From NCBI GenBank assembly GCA_964484935.1, contig CAZAFW010000001.1:69351-133350 (forward strand): a stretch of DNA of 64,000 nucleotides, written 5' to 3'. This DNA is from an uncultured Peptostreptococcaceae bacterium (lineage in GTDB: Bacteria > Bacillota > Clostridia > Peptostreptococcales > BM714). The stretch's first letter is position 1. Every line of letters begins with the position of its first letter. The position numbers and the translations under genes are program-made. The notes beneath the pieces were generated by a model, which worked only from the letters and a program-made list of their open reading frames with translations, was not told the origin of the DNA and did not search any database. Shown here piece after piece: positions 59,795 to 64,000 of this stretch.

Positions 59795-60681
59795 CATTTT
59801 GTCCTATAAACAAGCCTGTTATTGTCCATTTGAGCGAGAGCAAAGCCTTCGTTGCACAAATAGCTGAGATGAGCCGATATTGTTGTCCTATTCAAAAAAT
59901 GCTGGCCTATGTTCATCGAAACGCCAAGTCTATCCATGGATGATGTCAATAGCTCCTCCAATGATGCCGGTTCGGACATTTCAGCGAGCAATATTCGATT
60001 GACCCTAAGTATCGCATCCCTGTTCTTTTCAATCAAATCCTTAAGCCTGTCAAATCCAAAAACATCTCCATGGCTTGGCACATAATACTCCGCATCGGAT
60101 TTTTCCAGAAAGTCCAGCGTTTTCAGATGACCCGTTATGTCCGATGAATACATTAATTTATACTTTTCAATTATCTCAAGCGAGAAAATGGCGTCTCCTG
60201 TAAAAAAAACTCCTTCTTCTGTTTTAAAGCCTACCATTCCGGGGCTGTGGCCCTTCAAATCGACGATTTCCACACTTCTTCCTGCAAAGTCCACATGATT
60301 CGAATCGAAAATCCCGCACGAACATTCCTTTGCCATCAAAAACTTGTTCTTAAGTACCTTTAGGGGTTCGGCCCCGTAAAGATAGAATGGTTCCATTATG
60401 TTGTTGTTTATCATTGCCGCCTCAATTTTAGACGATGTTATTTCGCATCCCGTCTTTTGCTGCAAATAATGGTTACCGCCCCAATGGTCGGCATGCGAAT
60501 GGGTGTTCCAGATGGCTTTGATGCTCAGCCCTTGCGTTTCAAGCTCCCTGTAGATCTTTTTTGCCTTGTCCGTATCGTTTCCGGAATCAATGAGGACCGC
60601 TTCTTTACCTTCTATGAGAACCCCGACATTCGTAGGGCTTTTCAAGTAATTGGCATATCCCTTTATCTGTTTGAGCTTCAT
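59794..60681 (-). CDS. Metallo-beta-lactamase-fold hydrolase
   Basis: LIDSG, THSHADHWGG (HxHxDH), GHSPG, TGDA, PSHG. Confidence 0.9.
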   Translation of the reverse strand: MKLKQIKGYANYLKSPTNVGVLIEGKEAVLIDSGNDTDKAKKIYRELETQGLSIKAIWNTHSHADHWGGNHYLQQKTGCEITSSKIEAAMINNNIMEPFYLYGAEPLKVLKNKFLMAKECSCGIFDSNHVDFAGRSVEIVDLKGHSPGMVGFKTEEGVFFTGDAIFSLEIIEKYKLMYSSDITGHLKTLDFLEKSDAEYYVPSHGDVFGFDRLKDLIEKNRDAILRVNRILLAEMSEPASLEELLTSSMDRLGVSMNIGQHFLNRTTISAHLSYLCNEGFALAQMDNNRLVYRTK

Positions 60682-61649
60682 TTCGCCACCTCGTTTATGC
60701 CCGTTTTGGGAAGCCCTCCATTCAATACCGAAATGATGTTTTCAGCGGCAATATCCGCCATTTTACCCCTTGTTTCCCTCGTCGCGCTTCCAAGGTGAGG
60801 ACAAAGAACCGCATTATCAAGCAATGAAAGGCCATCCGCAAGCTTGGGCTCATTTTCATAAACATCAAGTCCGGCGCCTGCTATAACACCATTTCCAAGC
60901 GCTTCGACGAGCGCTTTCTCATCCACAACAGGTCCTCTTGACGTATTGATGAGTATGCTTGATCTTTTCATTGACTCAAGCGCAGCCCTGTCTATCAGAT
61001 GGTGTGTTTCTTTTCCCAAAGGAACGTGTACGCTCACTATGTCGGATTCGGCAAGCAAATTTTTTAAAGAAACGTATTTTGCCCCAAAATCTTCAACATC
61101 TTTTTTTCTGCTTCTATTGTAGTAGACAATATCCATTCCGAAGCCAGCAGCCCTTCTCGCGACAGCCGTCCCAATCCTGCCGGCCCCGATTATTCCCAAG
61201 GTTTTTCCTGAAACGCTTCGGCCCAGCATGAATTCGGGGCCCCATCCCTTGTAGAGTCCATCCCTTGTCAATCGGTCCGCCTCGGGAATCCTTCTTGCAA
61301 CCGCAAGAATCAGTGCAAAAGCCATGTCCGCCGTATCGTCAGTTAGAACATCGGGCGTGTTGCTCAGATATATGCCCCTCTTTGTGGCTGCATCGACATC
61401 CATGTTGTTGTAACCAACTGCATAGTTTGCTATTATTTCAACCCCGGCCGCGGCATCCATAAGGTTTCCGTCAACCCTGTCAGAAAGCATGCTTATTATT
61501 CCATGTTTGCCCTTTGCTTCCTTCAGCAGCTCCTCATAGGTAAGATTCCTGTCCAAAGGATTGTATGTGAAATCGAATTGTTCGCTTAGCCTTTCCATTG
61601 CCTTTCCAGGCAATTTCCGGCTTGAAAAAACTTTTTTCCTTTTGTTCAA
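60678..61649 (-). CDS. D-2-hydroxyacid dehydrogenase (glyoxylate reductase / D-glycerate dehydrogenase family)
   Basis: AVGYNN, NTPDVLT, GIIGAGRIG, INTSRGPVVDE, AGLDVYE.EP, PHLGSAT. TTG start after GGAGGTGG. Confidence 0.93.
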   Translation of the reverse strand: MNKRKKVFSSRKLPGKAMERLSEQFDFTYNPLDRNLTYEELLKEAKGKHGIISMLSDRVDGNLMDAAAGVEIIANYAVGYNNMDVDAATKRGIYLSNTPDVLTDDTADMAFALILAVARRIPEADRLTRDGLYKGWGPEFMLGRSVSGKTLGIIGAGRIGTAVARRAAGFGMDIVYYNRSRKKDVEDFGAKYVSLKNLLAESDIVSVHVPLGKETHHLIDRAALESMKRSSILINTSRGPVVDEKALVEALGNGVIAGAGLDVYENEPKLADGLSLLDNAVLCPHLGSATRETRGKMADIAAENIISVLNGGLPKTGINEVAK

Positions 61650-61769
61650 GTCAACCACCTCCATAATAAAAATTATAGCACAAAGCGAGCTTTAGGAATT
61701 CCGATTTTTAATATTGCACTTTGTTAAACCCTTGCAGTCATGATAAAATAGGCATGAAAGGGTGATGAA

Positions 61770-62348
61770 ATGATTATATCTTCAGCAATTGCAATAGGAT
61801 ACGTCCTCGGCGCTATCCCATTTTCGTTTATTGTCGGAAAATACTATGGGAAAATAGACATAAGGACCGTGGGAAGCGGGAATTCAGGAGCAACAAACGT
61901 ATTCAGGTCCCTGGGCAAGAAGGCTGCCGCAATGGCTTTCGCGGGAGACTTTCTTAAAGGCGTTGCCGCTGTATTGATTGGAACGGCTCTTTGGGGTTAC
62001 GACTATGGAATTCTCGCGGGCGCAGGAGCCATATTGGGTCATTGCTACCCTGTCACATTAAAATTCAAGGGGGGGAAGGGAGTTGCCACATCCGCAGGCG
62101 TGCTTCTCGCATTGAACCCTATGCTCATCTTCTATCTTTTGCCTCTTTATATTGTTCTGGTAAAGGTCTTCAAGATAGTTTCGCTTTCTTCCATAATAAT
62201 TGCGGCGGCAACTCCCATCTTAAGCTACTTCATGGGAATGCCCGACAACTTCCTTAGATTCGCGCTTGTCGCCTCCCTGTTTGTCATTTACAGGCACAAA
62301 TCAAACATACAAAGGCTTCTTGCCGGCGAAGAGAAAAAGACAATATGA
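61770..62348 (+). CDS. plsY: Glycerol-3-phosphate acyltransferase PlsY
   Basis: YVLGAIP, GSGNSGATN, GHCYP, FKGGKGVAT, HKSNI.RLLAGEE. Confidence 0.97.
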   Translation: MIISSAIAIGYVLGAIPFSFIVGKYYGKIDIRTVGSGNSGATNVFRSLGKKAAAMAFAGDFLKGVAAVLIGTALWGYDYGILAGAGAILGHCYPVTLKFKGGKGVATSAGVLLALNPMLIFYLLPLYIVLVKVFKIVSLSSIIIAAATPILSYFMGMPDNFLRFALVASLFVIYRHKSNIQRLLAGEEKKTI

Positions 62349-62358
62349 AATACGCATC

Positions 62359-62388
62359 AAAAAACGGATTCCTCAGGAATCCGTTTTT
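62359..62388. terminator. Bidirectional terminator between plsY and selC
   Basis: AAAAACGGATTCC-TCA-GGAATCCGTTTTT. Confidence 0.9.
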
Positions 62389-62397
62389 ATTCTTATA

Positions 62398-62495
62398 TGG
62401 CGGGAACGTGTGGGAATCGAACCCACCCAGGACGCTACTAACGCCCCACAACTGGTTTTGAAGACCAGAGGGCACACCAGCACCCATCCGCTCCC
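62398..62495 (-). tRNA. selC: tRNA-Sec (UCA anticodon)
   Basis: 8/5 cloverleaf: GGGAGCGG acceptor, 6-bp D stem with 4-nt loop, CTGGT-CTTCAAA-ACCAG, long variable arm, GTGGG-TTCGATT-CCCAC, G73 and encoded CCA; directly after selB. Upstream TGA-TATAAT -10. Confidence 0.96.
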
Positions 62496-62569
62496 GTATT
62501 TATGACTCGATTCAAAATTATATCACAATTTAACCGGTTTTGGAATACTATTTCTTTCACATGAATCAA

Positions 62570-64000
62570 TCAAAAAGGTATTCTTCTGTTTCCATCCCTC
62601 TTGGTTATTTTGGCCTTGTCATAATGCTCAAGCAGCGCGATTGCATATTTTCGGGACAAATTGAAAGCTTCCTTAAATTCTTTTAGGCTTATGAAGCCCT
62701 GCTTGGAAAGTATCTCCAGGACTTTTTTCAATATTCTTTCGTATGAAGCCTTCGAATAGTACAATTCCTCGTCAATCTTAACAAGGCTTCCTTCCTGAAG
62801 CAAATACTCGAATACAGGTATTTCCTTTTTTCCTATACCCAGCCTTGCCCTAATCGTCGTGAAATTGTCTGGCGTGAGATCAGCGCCGTCATAGTATCCA
62901 AGCAATTCTCGGGCTAATTTTGAATCCCTTTCCTCCAATATTATTTTGAAATTATTGAGCCTCACGGTATGCCCTTCTATTATCAAAGACCCGCCTGCAG
63001 ACATTTTCGCAAGAAGCTTCTCGAATAAGTCTCCGCTTCGCTCCCCCAGCAATTTGTTTTTCAATTCTTCTTTCGGGACACCTTTCTTATAAGGGTTTTC
63101 GCTGTGGTATTCGTTTGTTATCCTGAGTGCCTTTTCCTCAATGGCTTCGAAGCTTTGAACATGTATATAGGATTCATTTAGAGGATATATGCAATCTTCG
63201 CCAAGCAACTCCTCTATGCAGGAGACTACTTCCCCTTTCTCAAATCCCGTCGACTTCTGAATTGCTTGCATGTCAATTACGTGCCCGGGTGCAGTTCTTA
63301 TAAGCTGCTCGATTATTTCCTTCTTGTTTCCGCCACTTTTCAACTCCAGGGTTTCAATGGTGTCTTGGTTGAATCTTTTATGCTTTTTGGGATTGGTGTC
63401 TATCACTTGCCCTCCGCCAACCGTCTCAAGCGGCGAATAATACCTTACAACGAAAAGGTCTCCATACTTGAACGCATGCGTGCTCTCCAGCCTGAGTTGT
63501 GCGTAACAGGTATCTCCCGGTTCAAGTATCTCCCGATCAAGCAGTACAAGACGGCAAAGTATTTCCGCCGATCCGTGGTATAGTCTCAAACGGGTCCAAT
63601 TTTCCAACCTTCTTTTTTCGTCTTTCGTAAGAGAAAGCTTTACGTCAAGCATCATGGTGTTTTCCATAGAATCGGTTTCGGCGATAACCTCTCCCCTCTC
63701 CAATTCGTTTTTCTTGAGGCCCGCAATATTGAGGGCCGTTCTCTGGCCGGCATAAACTGTATCCACATCTTCTCCGTGAACCTGTATATTTCTTATTTTA
63801 GCTTTCTTCATGCTTGGATAAATATCAAGCATATCGCCTTTTTTTATTGTGCCCTCCATGAGAGTTCCCGTTACAATGGTTCCGTAACCCGTCAAGCTGA
63901 AAACTCTGTCAATCGGCATTCTTGCAGCTTTTGCGTAATCCCGGTCTCCAACATGCCCGCTTATTTCATCGAGCTTTTCGACGAGTTCTTCTATTCCCCT
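62570..64000 (-). CDS. selB: Selenocysteine-specific elongation factor SelB, 3' part (start lies beyond the window)
   Basis: Frame is open to the right edge (RGIEELVEKL...ARMPIDRVF). G.GTIVTGT, IQVHG, AGQRTALN, RYYSP.ETVGGG, and the C-terminal wHTH LSRKYAIALLEHYD...TKRDG..R. Confidence 0.95.
   Translation of the reverse strand, partial: RGIEELVEKLDEISGHVGDRDYAKAARMPIDRVFSLTGYGTIVTGTLMEGTIKKGDMLDIYPSMKKAKIRNIQVHGEDVDTVYAGQRTALNIAGLKKNELERGEVIAETDSMENTMMLDVKLSLTKDEKRRLENWTRLRLYHGSAEILCRLVLLDREILEPGDTCYAQLRLESTHAFKYGDLFVVRYYSPLETVGGGQVIDTNPKKHKRFNQDTIETLELKSGGNKKEIIEQLIRTAPGHVIDMQAIQKSTGFEKGEVVSCIEELLGEDCIYPLNESYIHVQSFEAIEEKALRITNEYHSENPYKKGVPKEELKNKLLGERSGDLFEKLLAKMSAGGSLIIEGHTVRLNNFKIILEERDSKLARELLGYYDGADLTPDNFTTIRARLGIGKKEIPVFEYLLQEGSLVKIDEELYYSKASYERILKKVLEILSKQGFISLKEFKEAFNLSRKYAIALLEHYDKAKITKRDGNRRIPF

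Noticed and set aside
59767-59796. Hairpin just after the MBL gene's TGA as a possible SECIS
   Set aside because: Read-through would hit TAG five codons later, the loop lacks the apical G/U of bacterial SECIS, and the hairpin is explained as a bidirectional terminator.
62406-62488. G.A mismatch at the eighth acceptor-stem pair of tRNA-Sec as a novel tRNA type
   Set aside because: All other 8/5 Sec features and the UCA anticodon are intact. A single mismatch is not enough to call a variant class without an alignment.
62266-62505. Short ORFs on both strands over 62266-62505
   Set aside because: They overlap tRNA-Sec and the terminator; the region is explained by selC.
1-64000. CRISPR array or rRNA
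   Set aside because: No repeat-spacer periodicity or rRNA signature; intergenic gaps are almost all under 200 nt apart from rnpB and the T-box.

Overview
64 kb of mostly core chromosome from a low-GC anaerobic Firmicute (Clostridia-like gene order). Nearly all genes are on the minus strand. In transcription order (right to left): truncated selB with tRNA-Sec, then plsY, a D-2-hydroxyacid dehydrogenase, a metallo-beta-lactamase-fold protein and an AlaX-like editing protein. Next comes a small accessory block (305-aa hypothetical, DUF4177, 128-aa putative winged-helix protein, orphan N6-adenine DNA methyltransferase) running into comEC-holA. It is followed by rpsT, lepA, hemW, the CIRCE-controlled hrcA-grpE-dnaK-dnaJ-prmA-rsmE-mtaB-hit operon, rpsU-yqeY, phoH-ybeY-DUF3048-cdd-era-mgtE-recO-DUF4342, T-box-controlled glyS, ccpN-PDRP-ppdK, dgt-dnaG-rpoD-trmK-nif3 and RNase P RNA. 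The left end holds a sirtuin-ykvA-hpt-deoC-ADP-ribosylglycohydrolase-like operon, ychF, ymfF-ymfH-lgt and the dcw cluster (mraZ to truncated ftsQ). I saw no CRISPR array, IS, prophage or rRNA. The best leads are: (1) an orphan m6A methyltransferase apparently co-transcribed with comEC, sitting behind a terminator and a stand-alone Rok-like gene; (2) an unassigned ~105-nt structured element between lepA and hemW; (3) probable non-canonical ATT/ATC start codons for rpoD and ccpN; (4) a catalytically degenerate ARH-fold protein in a sirtuin operon; (5) clean absence of sporulation genes at loci where they are usually found. All family calls come from motif recognition by eye; no database searches were run.
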